Sequence record: SRR31156797_2536
DNA length: 35,680 nt
Reading direction: 5' to 3' (one strand)
In this document: in pieces, positions 8,422 through 17,223 of the stretch
Numbering within the stretch: the first letter of the stretch is position 1
Layout of the letters: every line of letters begins with the position of its first letter
Notes under the pieces: generated by a model
Databases searched by the model: none
The model's input: the letters and a program-made list of their open reading frames with translations, nothing else
What the model was told of the DNA's origin: nothing
Program-made: the position numbers and the translations under genes

Positions 8422-9981
8422 CTAGAACTTCGTGGGCCAGTTGGCGAGATGATGTTGACCCATACCTTTGTTTTTCCAGCCCCTTATGATCCGAAGGGCG
8501 TTGATCAGATACTCCCGGGTATCTCCGGGATGGATGATGTCCTGAATATGGTAGGACCCAGCCGCCGGGTACGGGGAAAGATCCCCGATCATTTTTTCAA
8601 GGGATCCCTTCCGCTCTTGTTGGGAAAGATTGCCGCAGACAATATCCGCTGCAATCTCCGGATCCATGAAACCGATCTCCGCCGTGGGCCATGCGGCCAT
8701 AAAGTCGGCACCGGCCCCCGGTCCGCACATGTTGGTGCAGGCCTTTCCGTAACTCTTGCGGATGATGATGCTGATTTTCGGGACGGTGGCCTGAAACAGG
8801 GCCTGTTGGGCTTGTACCACCTTGGCGCCCACTTTTTTTTGCTCCGCCTCTTTTCCCACCAGGTGTCCGGGGGTATCGTGCAGGAAAACCATGGGTATGT
8901 TGTAGGCATCGCACAAACAGATAAAGCCCGTCAACTTGTCCAGACCCTTCACGTCCATGGCGCCGGCGCTTACAATGGGGTTATTGGCGATAAACCCCAC
9001 AACCTCTCCTTGAATTCGCGCCAGGCAGGTCAGGAGCATTCCGCCGTATTCGGGCTTCAATTCCAGATACTTTTCGTCATCCGAAAGACACGCCAGAATC
9101 GGGTGCATGTCGTAGGGTTTCTTTCGGTTGGTGGTAAAATGATCCAGGATTCGGGCAGCCGAGTTTTTGGATGCTTCGGGGATCGGCCGTGATGGGGGAA
9201 GCGAATGGCAGTTGTCCGGCATATAATCCAGAAAGGTCCGGATCATGTGGAAACACTCATCCTCGTTTTCCACCACCCGGTCCGTCATGCCGGTGATTCT
9301 GGCATGGACTTTCCAGCCCCCCATCTCTTCCCCGGAGTGGGTTTGTCCCACGGCCCTGGCCAGGGCCCGGGGGCCTGAGACGGAAAGGGAACTCCCCTTA
9401 ACCTGAATGACAAAGTCGGCCAGGGCCGCCTGGAAATCAGGGATGCCGTAGCACTCGCCCATGGCCGCAAAAATAAAGGGGTGTTTACGAAGGTGGGTGT
9501 AGGCCGGAGCCAGGGTATCCGTTCCGCCGCCGGAGAGGGTGCAGAACTCTTTTGCCCCCTGACAGTCGGGCATGCGCGCGCCCCCTGATTCCCCCAGCCA
9601 GATGAGGGGCATGCCGCCCTTTTCTTTCACCTGGGTTTTGAATTGGAGCGTCTTTTTCAGGTTCGTCTCCGCATTGGTTGAGGCCAATACGGTAAAATCG
9701 TTGGCAATGATTGCAACACGCCGGCCGTTTACGGTTCCATAGCCGCAGATGATGCCGTCGGCAGGCGTCCTATCCTCCATGCCCGGCACGGCCGAGTGGG
9801 CCAACAGGCCCATTTCAAAAAAAGATCCTTCATCCAACAGTTTGCCGATGCGTTCCCTGGCCGTAAGCCTTCCCTTGGCATGCTGTTTTCGAACCCGGTC
9901 GTCCCCCCCCATTTGAAGGGCCTTTTGCCTTTTTATTTCAAGTTTTTGCAGGGTATTCTGGAGATCCATTTCCTGAAGCAT
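8422..9981 (-). CDS. Acyl-CoA carboxylase/decarboxylase carboxyltransferase subunit (copy A)
   Basis: GRLTARERI, NDFTV, ESGGARM, HDTPG, AWPTAEI and DIIHPGDTR. Start may be 9969. Confidence 0.9.
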   Translation of the reverse strand: MLQEMDLQNTLQKLEIKRQKALQMGGDDRVRKQHAKGRLTARERIGKLLDEGSFFEMGLLAHSAVPGMEDRTPADGIICGYGTVNGRRVAIIANDFTVLASTNAETNLKKTLQFKTQVKEKGGMPLIWLGESGGARMPDCQGAKEFCTLSGGGTDTLAPAYTHLRKHPFIFAAMGECYGIPDFQAALADFVIQVKGSSLSVSGPRALARAVGQTHSGEEMGGWKVHARITGMTDRVVENEDECFHMIRTFLDYMPDNCHSLPPSRPIPEASKNSAARILDHFTTNRKKPYDMHPILACLSDDEKYLELKPEYGGMLLTCLARIQGEVVGFIANNPIVSAGAMDVKGLDKLTGFICLCDAYNIPMVFLHDTPGHLVGKEAEQKKVGAKVVQAQQALFQATVPKISIIIRKSYGKACTNMCGPGAGADFMAAWPTAEIGFMDPEIAADIVCGNLSQQERKGSLEKMIGDLSPYPAAGSYHIQDIIHPGDTREYLINALRIIRGWKNKGMGQHHLANWPTKF

Positions 9982-10019
9982 CCTTTATAGTCCTTAAACC
10001 GATTTGCGGGGAAAGGTGT

Positions 10020-11984
10020 TTAACCCTGACCCATTACGGGTTTTTTCACGATTTCGGCGGCGGGACTTTTTCCCATATGGAAACCGAATCCGAAAATCAG
10101 AACCATCAGGACCACTATCCCTCCCGCGGATCTGATGCTCCACCATGGGAGTCCCAGACAGAGCCCCCCTGCAAACAGGGCGATCCGCATCCAAAGGGGC
10201 GCGAGCCCGTATTTGGGCAAATACCCCTCAAGGGCGTAGCTGATGCAAACCACGGAACAGCACACCAGAATGAAGCTTGTTACAATATTCCAGGCGGATC
10301 CGTGCAGAAGAATGGCCGGGTTCAGAACAAAGAAAAAAGGGATGAAATACTTGACGAATCCGAACTGCATGGCTTTAAATGCCGTTTTCATGGGGTCGGC
10401 GCCCGCAAGACCCGCGCCTGCAAAGGCGGAGAGGGCCACGGGAGGGGTGATGTAGGAAGCCATGCCCCAGTACATGATAAACAGATGCACGGACAGGGGA
10501 TAAAGGCCGCTTTTCACCAGGGCAGGCGCCAGGATGAGGGCCAGAAACACGTAGCAGGCGGTGATGGTCATGCCCATTCCCAGAATAAAACTGGTAAAGG
10601 CGCCCAGAATCAGCAATAGGGCTATATTGCCGCCGGCCAGGGCGATGATGTCGCTGGAAAAGGAATGGGCCACCCCCGTGAGGGACAGGGCCCCGATAAT
10701 GGATCCGATGGCGCAGAGAAGGGTCACCAGTTCGGTCAATACCTTCCCCGTTGATTCGATAAAATTGACGAATTTACCCCAGTTGAGCCGCGTTTCCTTT
10801 CGGATGTTGCACATGAAAAGCAAAAGGAGACTGGCCCAGAAGGGGGCCAGGGTTTCCCAATGCAGGTACAATAACGCCCAGATCAGAAAAACCATGCCCG
10901 CGATATAGAACCAGCCTGCGGCCAGTGTCTTCTTAACGGACGGAAGTTCCGACTTGGGGAGCCCCTTGAGGTCCGCCTTGGCGGCATAGGCGTCGATCTG
11001 CAGAAACAGCCCACCGAAATAGAGGAATGAGGGGACGACGGCCGCAATGCAGATTGTGGAATAGGGGACGGCCAGAAATTCCGCCATGACAAAGGCCGTA
11101 ACGCCCATGATGGGGGGCATGAGAACGCCGCCGGTGGAGGCGGCCGCCTCAATGGCCCCGGCGTAATGGGGCGGATAGCCCGTTCGCTTCATGGTGGGGA
11201 TGGTGAGGGCGCCCGTTGTCAGCACATTGGAGATGGAACTGCCGCTGATGCTCCCGAAAAATCCGCTGGCCACAATGGACATCTTTGCGGGTCCTCCCCT
11301 GAAGTTTCCCAGAAGGGAGGTTGCCAGGTCCATGAAAAATTTACCGCCGCCGGTGGCCTGAAGGGCCACGGCAAAGACCATATAGCCGATGAGGATATTC
11401 CCCACCACTTTCATGGGGAGCCCGGTGACGCCCTCCGTGCCCATGGTGAAAAAACCCACCAGCCGTCTCAGGTTGCATCCGTACCCCTCAAGGAGCCCCG
11501 GCATGTGCTGGGCATACAGGGCATAGGTCACAAAAAACAGGCAGATGAGCGCAAAGCCCAAGCCCCCCGCCCGACGGGCCGCCTCCAGGACCATCAACAT
11601 TAGGAGGACCCCCAGAACATAGGCCTGAATGGGCGGAACGATTTCCCAGCCATCTTGAATGATCCGGTATGAATTCAAAAAAAGATATAAAGGACCGACA
11701 AAGCTTATGAAGGCAAACACAAGATCGTACCAGGGAACCTTTTGATCGCTCAGCGTTTTCTTTATGGGTGAAATAAGAAAAAGGAGGGGAAGAAACAGGG
11801 TGATCAAGAGATAATAATACGCATCCCCCACCATGGCGCCCAGAAAACTGAAGTGAAACAGCTGGTAGATGGCCACAAGAATTCCCGTGAATGAAAACAG
11901 TATAAATATCCATCGCAAGGGCCCCGTGAGCGTCCGATATCTGTCTGGGGACGGTTTTAAGTTATCCTTTTTCATTGGGTTCAT
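10020..11984 (-). CDS. TAXI-TRAP fused 4TM/12TM permease
   Basis: Highly hydrophobic, with RGGPAK, GSISGS, ASTGGVLMPPIMG, ILGMGM and ITPPVAL. ATG 11984 follows a GGGAGG RBS; the track start at 12074 overlaps the upstream gene. Confidence 0.92.
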   Translation of the reverse strand: MNPMKKDNLKPSPDRYRTLTGPLRWIFILFSFTGILVAIYQLFHFSFLGAMVGDAYYYLLITLFLPLLFLISPIKKTLSDQKVPWYDLVFAFISFVGPLYLFLNSYRIIQDGWEIVPPIQAYVLGVLLMLMVLEAARRAGGLGFALICLFFVTYALYAQHMPGLLEGYGCNLRRLVGFFTMGTEGVTGLPMKVVGNILIGYMVFAVALQATGGGKFFMDLATSLLGNFRGGPAKMSIVASGFFGSISGSSISNVLTTGALTIPTMKRTGYPPHYAGAIEAAASTGGVLMPPIMGVTAFVMAEFLAVPYSTICIAAVVPSFLYFGGLFLQIDAYAAKADLKGLPKSELPSVKKTLAAGWFYIAGMVFLIWALLYLHWETLAPFWASLLLLFMCNIRKETRLNWGKFVNFIESTGKVLTELVTLLCAIGSIIGALSLTGVAHSFSSDIIALAGGNIALLLILGAFTSFILGMGMTITACYVFLALILAPALVKSGLYPLSVHLFIMYWGMASYITPPVALSAFAGAGLAGADPMKTAFKAMQFGFVKYFIPFFFVLNPAILLHGSAWNIVTSFILVCCSVVCISYALEGYLPKYGLAPLWMRIALFAGGLCLGLPWWSIRSAGGIVVLMVLIFGFGFHMGKSPAAEIVKKPVMGQG

Positions 11985-12009
11985 TTTTCCCCTCCCTGAA
12001 ATAATGCCG

Positions 12010-13077
12010 CTATTTCTTGAACTTCTTAATTCTATCCTGTTCCTGGGCCAGCAGTTCGGCCTGCCGCTTTTCATGGACCGGGGTCCATACGCCCACTTCC
12101 TTGAAAAACTTCACGGCGCCGGGATGATAGGGGCTCAGAAAGCGGTCCGTTTGGAGGGCGCCTTTTTGGGTCCAGAGCTTGAGGGAGGGGTGCATGGGGC
12201 TGTAAATATGGTAGCCGTTCCATATGCCCTTGGTCAGTTTGTAAACCACTTCTTCGTCCAGGTCCGGGTAGGCAACGAGCCCATAGTAATAGGACGCAAC
12301 CTGGGCCGGGTTTTTCTCCGATACGCCGGCCCCTTTTACGGCCTTGTAGGGGCGCAGATAGGGACAGAATGAATTTAACTTCGCCCACCCCTCCTTGTCT
12401 TCGGGAGGTGCCGGGAGCCAGTGTATGCCATGGGGGGAAGCGGCCAGTTCAACGGCTTTGCTGGATGCCACCAGACAATGGGCCGTATCGGCGGAACCAT
12501 CGATTACCGATTTCCAGGCGGCGCCCCAACTGGAAACGGGAACCACCGTCACATCGTCCAACCCCAGTCCGGCAAATGCCAGATACCCCTCATGGAGGGC
12601 CTTGCAGGCAGGGCTGGCCGGGATAATGGCGACCTTCTTTCCCTTGAGGTCGGCCAGGGTCTTGATGCCCGAGTCTTTCCGAACCATCATGCCCGCAATG
12701 GATCCCTCGGGGCAGCCGAACACCAAACGCAGCGGCTGAGGGCCCCAATCCTTGGCGGAAAAGTCGCCCAGACCCATCAACGCATAATATTGACCGGCAC
12801 CGGTGAAAAGGGACAATTGCATCATTTTGTTTTTAAGGGGAATGATCTTACTTTTGTCGGTTCCCGCGGGCACCACCTTGACTTTGATCCCTTCGTTTTT
12901 TTTGATGGCTTCCATGAGCCCCATGGACGTGGCATAGCCCGTGGAACCGACTGAATAGGTGGTGCAGCTCAACAGCTTCTGGGTTTTCTTGGCCCCTGCA
13001 GCGGAAGGGAGTAAAATGGCCATTCCCAAACAAGCGATTGGCAGGATCATTTTGAAGATTATGGATCTGATTTTCAT
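12010..13077 (-). CDS. TAXI-family TRAP solute-binding protein
   Basis: Signal peptide, DSGIKTLADLKGKKV, VYKLTKGIW and PYHPGAVKFFKEVG. ATG 13077 follows AAGGAG, and the gene is adjacent to the fused permease. Confidence 0.9.
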   Translation of the reverse strand: MKIRSIIFKMILPIACLGMAILLPSAAGAKKTQKLLSCTTYSVGSTGYATSMGLMEAIKKNEGIKVKVVPAGTDKSKIIPLKNKMMQLSLFTGAGQYYALMGLGDFSAKDWGPQPLRLVFGCPEGSIAGMMVRKDSGIKTLADLKGKKVAIIPASPACKALHEGYLAFAGLGLDDVTVVPVSSWGAAWKSVIDGSADTAHCLVASSKAVELAASPHGIHWLPAPPEDKEGWAKLNSFCPYLRPYKAVKGAGVSEKNPAQVASYYYGLVAYPDLDEEVVYKLTKGIWNGYHIYSPMHPSLKLWTQKGALQTDRFLSPYHPGAVKFFKEVGVWTPVHEKRQAELLAQEQDRIKKFKK

Positions 13078-13220
13078 TTTGGTGTTTCTCCTTTTTTTCG
13101 GGTTATGTTTCAAACGGACTCCGGACCGGCCTCTATCAGGACCTTCACCTCCTTTCCTTCAATGGGGTGGAAATTTAAATGCCATAAAAAAGCCTCATGA
13201 AATAAAGAGCATTTTAAATA

Positions 13221-14594
13221 TTACTTCTGCTCGTATTGCTTTTCAAAGATGGGCGTTTTTCGGGTCTCTTTGGGAAGGCTCCCGGGTTCGACGAATTCGA
13301 TTTGAGGCCTGATTTTGATTTTATGGTGAAGGGCGTTGATGATTCTTGTCTCAAGATCCGGTAGTTCGGATCGACCAACACGTTCCCCGTGTTCAATTTT
13401 CAAACGCAGGGGTGGCACTACCCGCGGGGGTCTTTCCGTTAAAACCACCCGCATCTCTCCGGTCACTGCCGGCGCAAAGCCGCAAATAATGTCCTTGACC
13501 GCCACTGGATAAACATTGACCCCCTTTACGATCAACATGTCGTCGGCCCTGCCGATAAGTTTGGCCCGTTTCCCCTTGAACCCGCAGGCCGGACACTCCC
13601 CGGTGGAAATCTCCACCACATCGCCGTAGGCATACTTGATTGCGGGAGCGGCCTCCCTCTCCAGGCTTGTGATGACCATCTCCCCAACGGCCCCGTCCAC
13701 ATCGGAATCCACCGGTTCCTTGGTAATGGGATCCACCAGATCATCGTAGCTGGTGCATATGTCGGGGGATACCGCATGGAGCCCGTAATATTGGTCCGAG
13801 TCGCAGGAAATGCCCATGCAATTGCCGCAGGGGGACCAGTAGTCCCAGGCCCGGCACCCATAGGCGGTTTCAAGCCGGTTTTTGATCTCCGGAAGTGCAA
13901 TTCCCACTTCACCCGTTGTCAGAAGTCCCTTGAGTCCGAATTCACCCACCGACTTGTTCAGGACTTTTGGCGATTTGTGGACCAGAAATTCCGCCAGGGA
14001 CGGGGTGCAGGCCAGATGGGTGGGCCGGGTGAGTTCAATGAATTGCAGCAGTAAGTCGGTTCCGGCCCTGGCGTCGATATCAATGGGGAGCGCTCCCAGA
14101 TGTCTGAGACCCCAAAGGGTCATGGTGGTGGCGTAAATGCCCAGGGCAAAAAAGAAAACCACCCGATCGCCCTTGCCGATGCCCGTAAGGGAAAGCCTGT
14201 GACCCAGATGGTGGCCCACGTAGTTGATGTCCTTTTCCGTAAAGGTGTAGCTGAAGGTGGGTGTTCCCGTGGTACCGGAAGTGGTTCCCGTGAGGTAGAG
14301 ATCCTCCACCGGCGCGCAAAGGTGAAGACCGAAAGGATGCCCTTGCTGTTTCAGGGAGTCCTCGGCGCTCTTTCTTTCATCGTCCTTGAGCATGAAAATG
14401 GGGAGTTTTCGGAGGTCTTCAATGGTTTTGATATCCTCCGGTTTCGCGCCGATGTCATCAAATTTCCGCCGGTAGAATTCCGAAGCGTTATAACAGTATA
14501 AAAGTTGTCGCGTGAGTTTTTTTTCCTGATATTGACGAATTTCTTCCCGGGACATCCGGTTTAGTTCAGGCGTCAGATAAAAGTTTCTTTCCAA
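13221..14594 (-). CDS. Phenylacetate-CoA ligase (PaaK)-family acyl-CoA ligase, substrate unknown
   Basis: TTSGTTG P-loop, GEMVITSL, CPACG, GRADDMLIVKGVNVYP. TTG start follows GGAG. Confidence 0.88.
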   Translation of the reverse strand: MERNFYLTPELNRMSREEIRQYQEKKLTRQLLYCYNASEFYRRKFDDIGAKPEDIKTIEDLRKLPIFMLKDDERKSAEDSLKQQGHPFGLHLCAPVEDLYLTGTTSGTTGTPTFSYTFTEKDINYVGHHLGHRLSLTGIGKGDRVVFFFALGIYATTMTLWGLRHLGALPIDIDARAGTDLLLQFIELTRPTHLACTPSLAEFLVHKSPKVLNKSVGEFGLKGLLTTGEVGIALPEIKNRLETAYGCRAWDYWSPCGNCMGISCDSDQYYGLHAVSPDICTSYDDLVDPITKEPVDSDVDGAVGEMVITSLEREAAPAIKYAYGDVVEISTGECPACGFKGKRAKLIGRADDMLIVKGVNVYPVAVKDIICGFAPAVTGEMRVVLTERPPRVVPPLRLKIEHGERVGRSELPDLETRIINALHHKIKIRPQIEFVEPGSLPKETRKTPIFEKQYEQK

Positions 14595-14596
14595 AA

Positions 14597-15334
14597 TTAA
14601 ATTCTCCTTGAGACCAATAGTGATTGTTGCTTGGATTTCTCCACGATGGTCGCGCTCACGTCCGCGATATGATGAAAACAGATTTCTCCCGCTTCCTGGA
14701 ATCGGCCTTTTCTCAGCAATTCCACGATTTCCTTGTGCTGAGCAAATGTTCTTTCCACCATTGGGGTGGTGGCTTCCACATTTTCAAAAAAGTGGGAGGA
14801 GAGGTCCACGATAACTTTGTGCATGAGAATAACCACCGGGTTTTCCGATATTCGGGCCAGTGCGGTGTGAAAATCGAAGTTGGTGTGAAGCCTTTCTGCG
14901 CTGTCCCTGTTCCTGAAATGGGCCTCGGCCCGATCAATGTTTTGGGCAAGCCTGTCGCAGTCCTCCGGGGTAATTTTCGGCGGGATCAGTTCAATGAGTA
15001 TTTCCCTTTCAAGGGAGGCCCTGGCTATGGCCAGATGGGGAAAGGTCACGTTCGCCATTTTTAAAACATTGCCGATCTGATCCACCACGGCGTCCTGGTC
15101 CATCTTTTTTACGTATGCGCCCCCGCGGCTCCCCTGCCTGACCACGATGACGCCGAACTGTTCCAGAGAACGGATGGCTTCCCGGATGGTGACCCGGCTG
15201 ACCCCGAATATGTCCCCCAACTCCTTTTCGGAGGGGAGTTTGTCGTCGGGCGCAAGATCCCCTCTTGAGATGGCTTCAAGTACCTGATTTACAATATCTT
15301 CCGACATCCGGTTCTGCTTTATTTTTTTAAACAT
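14597..15334 (-). CDS. GntR/FadR-subfamily transcriptional regulator
   Basis: wHTH LPSEKELGDIFGVSRVTIREA, QGSRGGAYV and an FCD-type FHTALARISEN. Start 15334 preferred over 15406. Confidence 0.92.
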   Translation of the reverse strand: MFKKIKQNRMSEDIVNQVLEAISRGDLAPDDKLPSEKELGDIFGVSRVTIREAIRSLEQFGVIVVRQGSRGGAYVKKMDQDAVVDQIGNVLKMANVTFPHLAIARASLEREILIELIPPKITPEDCDRLAQNIDRAEAHFRNRDSAERLHTNFDFHTALARISENPVVILMHKVIVDLSSHFFENVEATTPMVERTFAQHKEIVELLRKGRFQEAGEICFHHIADVSATIVEKSKQQSLLVSRRI

Positions 15335-15400
15335 GGCGGCACCCGTTCTTGGTATGGAAAATAAACTTTCCCTATGGAATTTCTTAAATGTATAATAAGC

Positions 15401-15450
15401 TGACATATAAATGTCAAACTATTTGTTTGACTGTTGTAAGAAAATATAAT
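15401..15450. promoter_or_regulatory. Divergent promoter/operator region with overlapping inverted repeats
   Basis: TGACAT-N4-ATGTCA (15401-15416), GTCAAAC-N5-GTTTGAC (15413-15431), plus-strand TATAAT at 15445-15450 and minus-strand TTGACA at 15417-15412. Confidence 0.55.
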
Positions 15451-15508
15451 AGGGATTGAAACAGTTTTTAACTCTAAAGGGACCATAACCGTAAGGAGCG
15501 GATGAACC

Positions 15509-16383
15509 ATGGAAATAAATCGTGTCTTTGTCGTGGGGGCCGGGTTGATGGGGAGTGGCATTGCCCAGGTTTGCGCCCAGGCGGGTATTGGGGTGATCTT
15601 AAATGATGTTAGCCGGCAGGTCATAGACAAAGGCCTTAATGACATTGCCTGGTCAGTGGGGAAGTTTATTGAAAAAGGAAAACTGACGGAAAAAAAGAGA
15701 CCATATTAGACAGGATCGAGGGAACCACCGATTTTTCCCTTGGGGCGGATGTTGATCTGGCCATTGAGGTGGTGCCCGAGAATCTGAAACTGAAGCAGGA
15801 GATATTTCTAAAACTGGACGGAACATGCCGGCCGGATGCCATTTTAGCCAGCAATACCTCCGCCATACCCATCACGTCCCTCGCAGCGGCCATCCGACAT
15901 CCCGAACGGGTGCTGGGGCTACATTTTTTCAGCCCCGTCCCCATGTCCCAGGTGGTGGAGGTGGTCCGGGGCATCGGTTCCGCCGATGAAACCATCGAGA
16001 CCGGCACCGCCTTTGTGAAGCGGCTGGGCAAAACGCCCATTCATGTGGAAAGCGATGTGCCCGGATTTCTGCTCAACCGCATCAACCTCATCGGTTATGT
16101 GGAGGCCATCCGTCTGCTGGAGCAGGGCATCGGCACGGTGGAAGAGATTGACAAGGGCGTAAGGCTTGCATTCGGCAGGAAAATGGGTCCCTTTGAAACC
16201 GGGGACATGGTGGGTCTGGATGTCTCCTGCGGGGCGCTAACGGCCATCTATGAGGACAGCAAGGACATGCGGTATTACCCCCCGCAGCTGTTACGGCGCA
16301 AGGTGGAGGCGGGGCAATTGGGCCGCAAGACCGGTGAAGGATGGTATCGGTATGGAGACGACGGAGCCAGAAAGGGAGGATGA
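15509..16383 (+). pseudogene. 3-hydroxyacyl-CoA (3-hydroxybutyryl-CoA-type) dehydrogenase split by a frameshift
   Basis: The N-terminal ORF has GAGLMGSG and stops at 15709. The second frame has LASNTS, GLHFFSP, PGFLLNR and MGPFETGDMVGLD. One extra A in the A7 run at 15690-15696 gives a continuous 291-aa protein. Confidence 0.85.
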
Positions 16384-16386
16384 ACC

Positions 16387-17169
16387 ATGGGCCGAGGACT
16401 TGCATTCTACGACATTGAAAATCGGATCGCCGTGGTCACCATCGATCATCCGCCCATGAACGCTTTGGATGTGCCCACCAAGGAAGCACTCGCAACCGTA
16501 TTTCGGGAATTGGACGACCGCAGGGGGGAGGTACGGGCTGTGGTCCTTCGGGGGGCGGGGGAAAAGGGATTCGCCGCAGGGGCCGATATAAAGACATTTC
16601 TGGAACTTACACCGGACACGGCCAAAAGACGCTTGGAGCGGAGCCACGAAATTTACGGTCTGATTGAAAATTTTGAGTGGCCGGTGATTGCGGCCATACA
16701 CGGCTTCTGCCTGGGCGCGGGTTTGGAGCTGGCCTTGTGCTGCGATATCCGGTATGCGGAAGAGAGTGCGCGCCTGGGCTTTCCCGAGGTTAAACTTTCC
16801 ATTTTTCCGGGAAACGGCGGAACCCGAAGGGCCCTGTACCATGTGCCTTTGGGGCGACTCAAGGAAATGATCTATTCGGGCGATATGATAGATGCTCCGG
16901 AGGCCTTTCGTTTGGGCCTCGTGGAAAAAGTAACCCCGGAAAGGGCGGTGATGGATGCGGCATTGGCCCTGGCGGACAAGATCGCCAGGCGCGGGCCTTT
17001 GGGAGTGGCTGCCGCCAAAAAGGTCCTGAACCGCACAAGGGACATGTCGCTGACTTCCGGGTTGGCCCTGGAGTCCGATTTCTGGGCCAACCTGACGGCC
17101 ACCGGGGACATGAAGGAAGGGGCGCGGGCCTTCATGGAAAAAAGAAAGCCGGTTTACAGAGGCCGCTAG
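16387..17169 (+). CDS. Enoyl-CoA hydratase (crotonase family)
   Basis: FAAGADI, GAGLELAL and GFPEVKL; both catalytic Glu positions are present. Confidence 0.92.
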   Translation: MGRGLAFYDIENRIAVVTIDHPPMNALDVPTKEALATVFRELDDRRGEVRAVVLRGAGEKGFAAGADIKTFLELTPDTAKRRLERSHEIYGLIENFEWPVIAAIHGFCLGAGLELALCCDIRYAEESARLGFPEVKLSIFPGNGGTRRALYHVPLGRLKEMIYSGDMIDAPEAFRLGLVEKVTPERAVMDAALALADKIARRGPLGVAAAKKVLNRTRDMSLTSGLALESDFWANLTATGDMKEGARAFMEKRKPVYRGR

Positions 17170-17191
17170 AAAAGGGTGAGCGCCCCTTTTC
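17169..17191. terminator. Possible bidirectional terminator between convergent genes
   Basis: GAAAAGGG-N7-CCCTTTTC inverted repeat; the stem is short. Confidence 0.35.
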
Positions 17192-17223
17192 CGGTAGATC
17201 GAAGGATTCCCGGTTTTCCGCCA

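Noticed and set aside
7059..9192. Long plus-strand ORFs of 270 and 343 aa
   Set aside because: They are antisense to the carboxyltransferases, have no motifs and are expected from codon bias.
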